A stretch of DNA of 63,422 nucleotides, the filler included, from Octopus bimaculoides (lineage: Eukaryota), in the NCBI RefSeq assembly GCF_001194135.2. It is 6 parts of 6 records of this genome, joined end to end, with 100 filler letters (N's around TTAATTAATTAA, not from the genome) between each part and the next. Parts side by side here need not be neighbours in the genome. Positions count along the whole stretch, not along the records: positions 23,331 to 47,265 come from NC_068988.1; positions 47,366 to 57,786 come from NC_068981.1; 4 more parts are not named here. One strand, given 5' to 3'. Made by a program: the position numbers and the translations under genes. Position 1 is the first letter of the stretch; every line of letters begins with the position of its first letter. This document shows, one piece after another, positions 38,667-50,661 of the stretch. A model generated the notes under the pieces. The model was not told where the DNA came from, searched no databases, and was given only the letters and a program-made list of their open reading frames with translations.

Positions 38667-39299
38667 CTACTCTTTTGGTCATTACTCAACATTCAGGACA
38701 TAACTTAATATGAAATTTCGATGGAAGGTTTTTAACTCAGATCACTTTTAAAATGGAAAATAGGAAGTTTGTATTGTAGCAACATTGGCAGTCTGAGGTA
38801 GGTTAGTATTGAAAGAGTCAGGGAGGATGTCAGTGATAATATTTACTGGATGGGAGAGTGAAGCAGGGTTTTATTACCAAATAAGGGAAGTTTTGAATAT
38901 ATAGCAGAAGACACTTGAAGAAACTTAAAAGGACACTGCTTATATGAGAGTGACACTCGTTTACAACTATCACATGATGTCAAGGCAAGGAGACAGTAAC
39001 ACACACACACACACACACGCAACATACATGCACACACACAATACACATACACACAACACACACGCACACGACCCAATTTCACTCATGTCATATGGGCTGA
39101 CCAAATAGGAGAAATACTGAATATGTTAGTGTGTGCATTCTGTGTGTGTGTGTGGAGGGGGTACATGCTTGAGCGCACGTACTTGCGCGTGCGTTTGTAA
39201 TAGATGTGTGTATGAAAAGGTTTATTGTATGTGTGTCATCAAATAGCTGTGTATGAATATGTTAATATGTGTGTCATTGAATAAGTGTGACTTTATTAG

Positions 39300-39361
<62 letters not shown>

Positions 39362-40473
39362 ACTACTCTATGTAAGGTAATAGCAGTTGTATGTGTACAT
39401 GTATTATTTGTGTGTTTATTAAATAATGTGTGTCTGTTTATAAATAGATGTAAGTTTGACTATATTAGTATAAGTGTGTTTTTAAATAGCTTTATGTGAG
39501 TTAATACTATCCGCATGTATAAATATATTAATGTGTGTGTGTGTGTGTGTGTGAGTGTGTGTGTGTGAGTGTGTGTGTGTGTGTGTATTTGTGTGTGTGT
39601 GTGCTATAAAAAGCAGTGTCTGTGTTAGTAATAGTTGTGTGTGTGAATATGTTATTGTATATGTGTTTATTAGAAACTGTATGTGTGAATATATAAGTTT
39701 GTGTATGTGTGAATATGCTGGTGTTTATGGTGTGTGTGTGTATGTTTAATAAATAGCTAATGTGATTCTACCATATTGTCATCATTTTCTTTAATATATT
39801 TCGAGTCCTGAGGTGTTATAATAATAATAATAATAATAACAATAATAATAATAATAATAGTAATAATAATAAAAACACCACCAATAACAACAACATCAAC
39901 AACAGCAGCAACATCAACTACATCAAAAAATACAATTTATCTAAAAACAATAAATAGAAATAGAAATAATAACTTGAATGTCACTTGTCTCATTGGGGGG
40001 GGGGGATAGATAATTGGTCTAAAAATATCTACTACACATTTGGGCTGCTACACCCGCACCTATAAACACACACACACACACACACACACACACTTATACA
40101 ATACACATACTTACTCCCATAGTCCCCCCCCCCACACACACACATACAGATACATATACGCACACTAACTACTATAGCCAACTCATGCATATACACACAG
40201 ACAGATACACACATGTACGTATACACATTAACTCCCAAAGCCCCCACCTACACATACACACACACTCCCACAGCTCACCCATATGCATGCATACACTCAC
40301 ATATACACGCACGTTCACACACACACACACAAACACACGCACACGCAAACACACGCACACAAACACACACATTCACTCCCATAGCCACCCTCACCTATAC
40401 ACACATACATGAATATATGTTCACATTTCACACATACATACACACATTCATTGCTATATCACCCACCATATGT

Positions 40474-40509
<36 letters not shown>

Positions 40510-41043
40510 ACTCATTCCATAGTTCACCCATACACATATATATACACACTCACATGCATACATTCACACACACACACAGACACACTTATTCCCATAGTCC
40601 ACACATACTCACAGACACACATACACATATTTATAGACACTCACATGCATACACTCTCACACACACATACATACATCCTGTTATTGTAATCTTTATCTGT
40701 GACATTACCCATGTTCCATGATATAATGTTACAACATGTGTACTAGCATGTAGTTACGGTTATATTTATGTTTAAATGGCAGATTTGGTAGAGTGTTGAA
40801 TAAAAATGTCCAGTTCTGATTACAGTTGCCTTTCATTGTTCCATGCTGGACAAAACATAGTTGACTTTTCATGCGGAAAATAAATACTTCACCAAATGCG
40901 ACTCGGAGTTCTAAGTTTTTACATTTGAATGATTCTCAATTCAAGCAAATGGATGAAGTAAATCTAACAAACTTACTCTCTCTCTCTCTCTTTCTCTTAT
41001 ACAAACACACACACGTGATTTTATTGAATAAATTTACTCTTTA

Positions 41044-41111
<68 letters not shown>

Positions 41112-41957
41112 NNNNNNNNNNNNNNNNNNNNNNNNNNNNNNNNNNNNNNNNNNNNNNNNNNNNNNNNNNNNNNNNNNNNNNNNNNNNNNNNNNNNNNNNN
41201 NNNNNNNNNNNNNNNNNNNNNNNNNNNNNNNNNNNNNNNNNNNNNNNNNNNNNNNNNNNNNNNNNNNNNNNNNNNNNNNNNNNNNNNNNNNNNNNNNNNN
41301 NNNNNNNNNNNNNNNNNNNNNNNNNNNNNNNNNNNNNNNNNNNNNNNNNNNNNNNNNNNNNNNNNNNNNNNNNNNNNNNNNNNNNNNNNNNNNNNNNNNN
41401 NNNNNNNNNNNNNNNNNNNNNNNNNNNNNNNNNNNNNNNNNNNNNNNNNNNNNNNNNNNNNNNNNNNNNNNNNNNNNNNNNNNNNNNNNNNNNNNNNNNN
41501 NNNNNNNNNNNNNNNNNNNNNNNNNNNNNNNNNNNNNNNNNNNNNNNNNNNNNNNNNNNNNNNNNNNNNNNNNNNNNNNNNNNNNNNNNNNNNNNNNNNN
41601 NNNNNNNNNNNNNNNNNNNNNNNNNNNNNNNNNNNNNNNNNNNNNNNNNNNNNNNNNNNNNNNNNNNNNNNNNNNNNNNNNTATATATATACATTTGTAA
41701 TATAATATGTAACAATTATTTTGTTGCCATAATAAAACTCTGAGTTCCGGATGTATATATATATAGCAATAAGGAAATAGAGGGGAATATGAGGTGCTCA
41801 TCAACTTGCAGACACTGTATTCTGTTGATTAATCTGTTTATTTTATAACCAAAATGACAAAAAGACAATATACAGACACTTATGACATATCATGTCATAT
41901 CAACAATTGAGATTTCAAATTTAAAGGACATCTAGCAATTGGAGCAATTGCTAAATT

Positions 41958-42290
41958 GGAGCACTGCATAGTGGTGTGCAAGAGAGACGATTGCGCTGGT
42001 TTGGACATGTGGTGAGAATGAATGAGGATAGCTGCATGAAAAAGTGCCACTCCCTAACAGTTGAGGGAACCCGTGGAAGAGGTAGGCAAAGGAAGACCTG
42101 GGCTGAGGTGGTGAGGCAAGACCTTCGAACATTGGGCCTCACCGAGGCGATGACTACTGACCGAGACCTTTGGAAATGTGCTGTGCGTGAGAAGACCCGG
42201 CAAGCCAAGTGAGATCGTTGCCAGTGCCCCTGGACTGGCTCTTGTGCGGGTGGCACATAAGATGTACCATCCTGAGCGTGACCATTGCCA
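41958..42290 (+). mobile_element. 5'-truncated RTE family 2 copy (ORF2 C-terminus and start of 3' UTR)
   Basis: QERRLRWFGHVVRM...VEGTRGRGRQRKTW.EVV..DL; continues into a gap. Confidence 0.85.
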
Positions 42291-42660
42291 NNNNNNNNNN
42301 NNNNNNNNNNNNNNNNNNNNNNNNNNNNNNNNNNNNNNNNNNNNNNNNNNNNNNNNNNNNNNNNNNNNNNNNNNNNNNNNNNNNNNNNNNNNNNNNNNNN
42401 NNNNNNNNNNNNNNNNNNNNNNNNNNNNNNNNNNNNNNNNNNNNNNNNNNNNNNNNNNNNNNNNNNNNNNNNNNNNNNNNNNNNNNNNNNNNNNNNNNNN
42501 NNNNNNNNNNNNNNNNNNNNNNNNNNNNNNNNNNNNNNNNNNNNNNNNNNNNNNNNNNNNNNNNNNNNNNNNNNNNNNNNNNNNNNNNNNNNNNNNNNNN
42601 NNNNNNNNNNNNNNNNNNNNNNNNNNNNNNNNNNNNNNNNNNNNNNNNNNNNNNNNNNNN

Positions 42661-42698
<38 letters not shown>

Positions 42699-42946
42699 TA
42701 TGCTCATACACACACACACACACACACACATTCATTCACTCATCTATTGAATATCATTACCAACATTAGAATAATCTTTTCTACTCTAGGCATAAGGCCT
42801 GAAATTTTGGGGGAGGGGGCCAGCCAATTAGATCGACCCCAGTATGCAGCTGGTACTTAATTTACCAACGTCGGTGGAGTTTGAACTCAGAGCGTAAAGA
42901 AAGACACTGTGCAAAATTCCTTCGGTAGGTGTTTTGGAATACTTAC

Positions 42947-43245
42947 ACTGAAAATTCTGATTTGTCCTGGTCAAAGTATTCTTATGACACTGTGTGGGGT
43001 TCAACCATTGCATTGAGGCATTAATTCTGAACAAGTGTTTAAGATAGAATTTTCGTGGAACAAATCTTCCCAGTCATCATTAACTTGTTTAGCACATTTG
43101 GTGTTCTTCACTATCTGCAAAATAATTTCATATTCTCTGATATTAATATACCATAACCCTTTGTCTCTCAGAAATATTTTCATAAGTTTGTCCTATACAT
43201 CCATGCTTGTTTTCAGACTTTTATTTGGCCCTTCTTTCATACATC
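42947..43245 (-). pseudogene. Candidate decayed exon of an unidentified protein
   Basis: Acceptor ttattactcag and donor gtaagt bracket 99 codons with only three stops: TAG 43193-43195, TGA 43001-43003, TGA 42971-42973. Confidence 0.35.
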
Positions 43246-44349
43246 CTGAGTAATAAAAATCTTTCCTTTCATAAGTCCTAAGTTACTCTAGTGGTTGAAA
43301 GAAATTGGGAATGTATATCATATATGATACCTGGGTGCCAGGGAAATATGTCCTGTGTATCACATGTGAATATACATGACAGATAAAAGGTTAAAAACCA
43401 GATGTACTTTGGCAGACTTGCTGAAAGAATATGAATGGGGATTGAATCTTAATACAAAGGGATTTACTGTCAAACCAGTATAGTCTTTAGAGAGTTGATT
43501 ATTAACTGAAAATATTTTTTGAACTATAGGCTTTCAGTTCTGAAAGACATAAATTGTTTATTGGGTAATTTATGAAATTAAGCCAATTTGGGATAACAGT
43601 ACAGAAATTAATAGTTTCTATTTATGTAACAAATTATGAGTAGAACTAAAACTTAATTTAAGAATACTCCTATTAAATATCTCATGATGTGCCTGATTCC
43701 CTTAAAAATACTTATAAGTAAAGTAATGCTAGTGACACTTGTGTTCACATTAAGATAGAATGGAATCTTGAAGTAAATAACTTGACTTTTTTTGTCTTCT
43801 CTTGTCTGAGAAATATTTATCGTCATCGTCAGCGTCATCGTCATCATCATCATTATCATTATTAGTATCTATTTTGGATTACCTTATTATTTTAAAACAA
43901 TTTTTTGTTGCTTTATATGATTTTACATAGTAACTACCCTTCCTGCAAACTTTAACTGCTCAGTTTGTAGGTGGGTCATACCCAAGCTCTAGATGAGCCA
44001 GCTAGGTGGCGATCTACTGAATGATGAACACAAAATAACTCTAAATGAATTGAGATTTTCCTCTTAGCTGGAGAAGGAAAACAAAAGAACCCAAGTGGCA
44101 GTTATAGACAATACTCAAAGAAGGGAGATAATTTCATAGGAATTAATTAATTTCACAGTAAACCACATTTTCATGCTTAATGAGGATCTATGATTTTTGT
44201 TATTGGACAAGAGGACAGTTATGGATATATTCTTGTGTTATTAGATTTTATCAGTGAAGCATAGTCTTCACGAAATTGCTTTTATCAGTGGATAGAGAAC
44301 GTTAGATGAATGAATGGTAAGAGTTTTTGCTAGTATAATCTGCATTAAT

Positions 44350-44735
44350 GTGGAGGCGCAATGGCCCAGTGGTTAGGGCAGTGAATTCGTGGTCATAGGA
44401 TCGCGGTTTCGATTCCCAGACCGGGCATTGTTTGTATTTATTGAGCAAAAACACCTAAAGCTCCACGAGGCTCCGGCAGGGGATGGTGGCAAACCCTGCT
44501 GTACTCTTTCACCACAACCTTCTCTCACTCTTACTTCCTGTTTCTGTTGTGCCTGTAATTCAAAGGGTCAGCCTTGTCACACTGTGTCACGCTGGATATC
44601 CCCAAGAACTACGTTGAGGGTACACGTGTCTGTGGAGTGCTCAGCCACTTGCATGTTAATTTCACGAGCAGACTGTTCCGTTGATTGGATCAACTGGAAC
44701 CCTCGACATCGTAAGCGACGGAGTGCCAACAACAG
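44350..44735 (+). mobile_element. SINE family D copy with perfect 11-bp TSD
   Basis: TSD tctgcattaat at 44339-44349 and 44736-44746; colinear with 38283-38666. Confidence 0.92.
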
Positions 44736-45635
44736 TCTGCATTAATACAAAAAGTATATGAAGCAAGGCGTTAGATTGCATTCAATGATGATACTTCAGC
44801 TCAGGAGTTTAGGAGTTTTGGGGGTATATAAAGTTACACACTTGTTGCTTTTACTTCCTGGTCAGCTCTGGCCTCATTATGAGTCAAATAAATGAAGCTG
44901 GTCCCATAGTTAAGGCATAGAGAACTAAGTGGAAGGCTGGCTTGTGGACAACACAAACAATACCAATGCCGTAGACACTGCCACCACTAAAACCGGAATC
45001 GGCACCAATAATATTCATTTCAAGTTTTGGCCCAAGGCCAGCAATTTTGGGGGAAGGGGCTAAGGATTACATCAACCCTAGTGCTCAACTAGTACTTATT
45101 TTATTTATCTGAAAACGAGGAAATGCTAGAAATTGCAGCCAAATCTTTCTCAACCTACACATAACCACTGACACCACCATTACCATCATAACCATCACCA
45201 TCATCCTTTTTTAATGTCCTCTTTTCCATACTTGCATGAGTCGGATGGAGTATCTTGAGTGCGGTGGATTTTCTATGATCAAATGCCCTTCCTTTTGCCA
45301 ACTCTCACCTGTTTCAGAATAACGTAATATTTTCCTATAACAAGACATGTTTACATGGAATGTTGGAAATGAAGGACACTGCTTAATTGTTGGTGACACT
45401 TGTTTACAACTATCAAGCAATATCATAGCAAGGACACACACACACACACACAATAGGCTTCTTTCAATTTCCATCTACTAAATTCACTTACAAGGCTTTG
45501 GCCGATTTGGGGCTATAGTAGAATATACTTGCTCAAGGTGCCATGCAATGAGACTGAACTTTGGTTTGGAAGCAAACTTCTTTAGCTCATCCATGCCAGC
45601 ACCCTTCACTTACAACCATTATGTGTGTGTGTATT

Positions 45636-46070
45636 CTCTTATTCTCTTATTCTCTTATTCTCTTATTCGTTTCTTTCATCTCAATGAGGCCATGCTAGAG
45701 CACTGCTTTTAGTCAAACAAATCGACCCCAGGACTTACTGTTTGAAAGCCTAGTACTTATCCTATCGGTCTCTTTTGCCGAACCGCTAAGTTATGGGGAC
45801 GTAAACACAGCAACATCGGATGTCAAGCGATGGTGGTGGACAAACACAGACGCACAAACATACACGCGCACACACACACACACACACACGCACACACACA
45901 CACATACGACGGGATTCTTTCAGTTTCCGTCTACCAAATCCACTCACAAGGCTTTGGTCGGCCCGAGGTTATAGTAGAAGACACTTGCCCAAGGTGCCAT
46001 GCAGTGGGACTGAACCTGGGACCATGTGGTTAGTAAGCAAGCTACTTACCATACACCCATTCCTGCACCT
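45636..46070 (-). mobile_element. SINE family A copy
   Basis: Reverse complement of family A, with an expanded (ttattctc)n tail. Partial copies near 26370, 32620, 34290, 34585 and 45440. Confidence 0.8.
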
Positions 46071-46358
46071 ATGTATACATGCATACATACATACATACAT
46101 ACACACATGTACATATACACATACATTTATATTTATATAGATATGCATATGCACACACACACACATACAATAAGCTTCTTTCAGTTTCCATCTGCCAAAT
46201 CCACTCAAGGCATTGGTAGTAGAAAATCCTTGAAGAAACTTAGGAAAAAAACAGAAGAGCCGAAATTTGGTAATGTAGTCCTATATACATTCTATCTAAG
46301 AAAAGGAAATAAAATAGATGGAATGGTCATGGCTGCAATGAGCATTAGTCTACATACT

Positions 46359-46593
46359 TATTACTTTATTGTCCACAAGGGGCTAAACATAGAGGGGACA
46401 AACAAGGACAGACCAAGGGATTAAGTCGATTCCATCAACCCCAGTACAATACTGGTACTTAATTTATCGACCCCCGAAAGGATGAAAGGCAAAGTCGACC
46501 TTGGTGGAATTTGAACTCAGAACGTAACGGTAGACGAAATACCGCTAAGCATTTCGCCCGGCGTGCTAACGTTTCTGCCAGCTCAACGCCTTA
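46359..46593 (-). mobile_element. Full-length SINE family B copy with perfect 12-bp TSD
   Basis: TSD agtctacatact at 46347-46358 and 46594-46605. Confidence 0.9.
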
Positions 46594-47365
46594 AGTCTAC
46601 ATACTGCTTACCACTACACACCACACCACAGCCATCACCACCATAGCCATTCTACAACCACTATATACTACTACCTCCACAGCTACTACCACCACCATCA
46701 CCACCAATACCACCACCACCACTGCCGCTGCCGACACCACCACCATCATTATCATTGTCATCTACCTCAGCACATGTTTCACTAACGCCCCCCCCCCTAT
46801 GTTAACTCCACCCTAAAATTTCTGAAAAACCATCAATCTTGTAACAGACGTACATCCTTGTGTACACGTATATGTCTACGTACAGGCATAGATGTACACA
46901 TGTATGTGTACTTGCATAGCTACACGATAGCATACACTTCCAGATATACATGTAGCCATTCTTATACACACACACACACACACTCACATAGGATGCAGAT
47001 TGTGAAAACAAACATTTATCTGAGCATCTTTATCTCTCTCTCCCCCTCTCTCTCTCTCTCTCTCTCTGTCATTCTCTTTCTCTCTCACTCCCCTCCCAAC
47101 ATTACTTCATTCCCATGCTGGTGGTGGTGGTGGTGGTGGTGGGTAGCAGTTAAGGGCAAGACAACAAAAACAAGAAAGAAAAAACACATAATCCAGAACA
47201 GCCGATAAGAAAAATCCAACTGGCATCATCACCACCACCACCACCACCACCACCACCACCACCACNNNNNNNNNNNNNNNNNNNNNNNNNNNNNNNNNNN
47301 NNNNNNNNNTTAATTAATTAANNNNNNNNNNNNNNNNNNNNNNNNNNNNNNNNNNNNNNNNNNNN

Positions 47366-47437
<72 letters not shown>

Positions 47438-48196
47438 TGCACACATAGTGTGTGTATGACAGAGAATATGTACATAATACAAATTTCTGAGTGTGTTCCT
47501 ACATTGCATCCAGACTTATAAAGCCAATACCCTGAGGTTTACCCCCATAAATGATACATATTTAGAATCAAAGCAAAGTCCCATATTTGTTTCTATGCCA
47601 CTTTAATCTGCCAGCCTGCAGCTCAAATGCAGAGCATCTATAAATGCAGTCTAAGAAGTGTAACATTGGAAGCAGATGTATAGAGAGCGGGCAAGGTGGA
47701 TATTGGTGGGAACTATATTTAACTTATTTATTGTCATTGCAGCAGTTAGGATATCACATGTACCTGCAGTGATGAAGTGTTGTTACTTCCATGGTTTCTT
47801 TGTAAGAGTACACAGTAGGTGAAGCTTAGGTAGTAATAGTTGCGGTTCTCTGGATGAACAAATAGCTTCTTTTTCCTTTGCTGCTGCACTTTAAGAAATA
47901 CACTCATCAAATGACCACAATTGAAGGAGATGACCAAATATAATGGACAACCACAAGCTTAAGTATGTACTGAGCTTCTATGAGTGGGAGTACGTGCATG
48001 CATAATAGATAGTACATTTAAATGTGTATGTGAATGAGAGAGAAAGGAGGGTAGTAGTGGATGGTTTGGTCCTTTATTTATTTATAAACAGTACTCTTGC
48101 AATCTCTTCAGTAACCCGGTATGAGCATGCTCATACCGGACAATTTCAAGACAACGCTGAATCATACATTCAAATTAAATGGAAGTGGAGAGACGG

Positions 48197-48237
48197 GTTA
48201 CTGAAGAGATTGCAAGAGTGCAATGAAATGATTTAAC
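48197..48237 (+). ncRNA. Degenerate type I hammerhead-like motif (second family)
   Basis: GUUA-CUGAAGA-G-AUUGCA(AGAG)UGCAAU-GAAA-UGAUU-UAAC. Stem I GUUA/UAAC and a perfect stem II are present; C11.1 is missing and stem III is too short. Confidence 0.5.
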
Positions 48238-50661
48238 AAAAAAAACTAAATACTGTTTATAAATAAATAAAGGACTGAACCAGTGCGTGTGTTTATTACC
48301 GGCATAATGCCTCTCCTAAGGTTTAATAGTATTTCTTTCAACACACGTATTCACATCAAGAATCTTGCACACGAAATACACATACGAAAGTTTTATTTCG
48401 TTATTTCAGATGAGGTATTTTGTTGACTTAAATTTACTGTGTAAATGCTCTCAGTTTATCGTTTACACATACTAGAAAAAAATTATATTGGACAACTTAT
48501 TAAAACTTACTGATGCTTCGAACTCATGTGACTTATTTCTTTTCCATCATTATCTAAGAATTATCAAGTGAATTTGTTGCTATGGCTATTTGATACTTTA
48601 TAGGTATTAAAATATCTCTATGTGATCACTGCTATTTTCTTTAAAAAAGAGAGATTATGACTAATAAAATAATGAAAGCAATATTTACTCAACGAGTGAG
48701 CACTATGATACAAAGAAATAATTAGATGTAAAATATCATAGAAATTATTAGAATTGGGAATCAAATGTGAAAATATCAAGTGGTTAGCAGAAAACCACCT
48801 GGAGGGCAGTCTTTCTGCTAGTTATATTAAAAATTAGAAAATCTATAAGTGAATTCAAGTGAAAGTACTGGGTAAGAAAGGACAAGCCTGTTATATTTGA
48901 CATTACCATGAGATCCAGCAATTCCGCTCAGGTAACAGACTTTGTAGGTATCTATATCCTATTTCTAATGTCCGCTAATAGCAAAGGTGGGTGGGGGATT
49001 ATATAGGAATGATGCTCTATTCACATTACATAAACTTAATAATATTAACTTAGAAAAATATAGGAAAAGGTTAATCATATTTTTCAAGGATCTAATCTGT
49101 TTCCATTGAGGAAGAACACTCTAAAGTCAACTTCTTAGATGTTGCCTTGGATTTGAGTACACGTCTATATTAACCATACCACAAACCCAATGATAACCTC
49201 AAATGTATTAATTTTAACTCTAATCACCCCCAAAATATCACTGAATCTATAGTTAAAAATATTTTTACCTGTATCTCTAGACTTTCCATGAATGTAGATA
49301 TTTTTAGAAAAAAAAAAAATATAATATAATAAATGTGAAAACTAATTTCTGTGTGTCAGTGTGTCACACTTCGACCCCCCTCTCTCTCACTATTCATTGA
49401 CTCTCTTAACTATTGCTCATGTTGGGGTGAGAATAATAGTAAGCATAGAGACGGTGAGGGCAGTGGCAAAGAGAGACAGAGAAAGAGAGAAAGAAAAAAG
49501 AGGGAAAGAAAGAGAGACGAAGAAATTTAGGGAGAATTGATGATGTTTTTATTAGAAGTAGTAGTGTTGATGGTGGCAGTGGGAGTAATGATAAGAGAGA
49601 GAGAAAGAGTGAGTAGGTGAGAGAAAAAGGGACTCAACTCTTAACTAAGATGCTGAACTAAGATACTGAACACACACATTTTGACTTTTTGTGATGATAA
49701 TGGGGGTGATAGTAATAGTATGAGCTGTAGTTGGGAGAGAGGCAGAGGCAGTGGTGATGATAGTGGTGGGGTGGGTGGTAACCAAGGCGGTCAGGGATGA
49801 GAGCAAGCAATGTGAAAGACAGTGGTAATGATAGTGGAGGGGAAGGCAGCAAAGTCAAAGGTATTGATGGTGGTGGTGTCAGAAGTCTGAATGGTGTGTG
49901 TATGGCAGTGGTGGTGGTACTGTTGTTTATCATACAGCTTTGCAATAAGTTCCAAGTCGACAAATTATAACATTGTTTTGATGAAAATTGTTCATTGCTT
50001 GAAAAATATTGTTCAAATATAATAAAATTTAATATGTACTCAATGCATGAAGTGTCACTGTTGGGCTCAAGGCCTAAGGAAGAGCCCTCCACAGGAGCTA
50101 GCTTAAAAGCTGCCCGATAAGGCAGCTTTTAAGCTAGTATATAATAATGTGCTGGCAGGGTGTAGGGATAAGTTGATATATAGCCCCCAGAATGAAATGA
50201 AGGAACATATGAACAGGTATAGGACCCAGAACCTACCAGATACAGATATCAGGAATAATGTAAGTAACTGGGAAATCTTTTAAAAGTGAAAGGTGAAATC
50301 CACCCAGAGTAGCAATATTGAAAATAATTGCATATTGGACCAAGATCGTAACATAAGCAATAATAATATAGATAAACTCAATAAAGAAAGTGCAACTAAA
50401 CCCCTTTGCAAAACTGGTACTTTGAGCAATACTAAGACAGGCACCAAAAATACAAGCAACCCACTTCAGAAAAGAAATACACCAAGTGCTGCTAACATAA
50501 ATATTATAACAACTTTGAAGATAAATCCCTTAACAAAATGGATTGTTTTCATAAAAATAGGCCAACTTCCAATAATACTAATGAGCCTCACAATAAAATA
50601 AATAAATCAAGGACTAAACTGTAGTACGCAGCAAACAGTACACAAATACATACTAATTACC

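Noticed and set aside
43380-44940. Patchy protein-like plus-strand translations around the SINE D insertion
   Set aside because: Too many stops and no identifiable family; cannot be distinguished from chance.
47746-47937. Possible exon(s) on either strand near 47730-47890
   Set aside because: Splice-like signals exist on both strands, but the peptides are unrecognisable and not PDZ-like; insufficient support.
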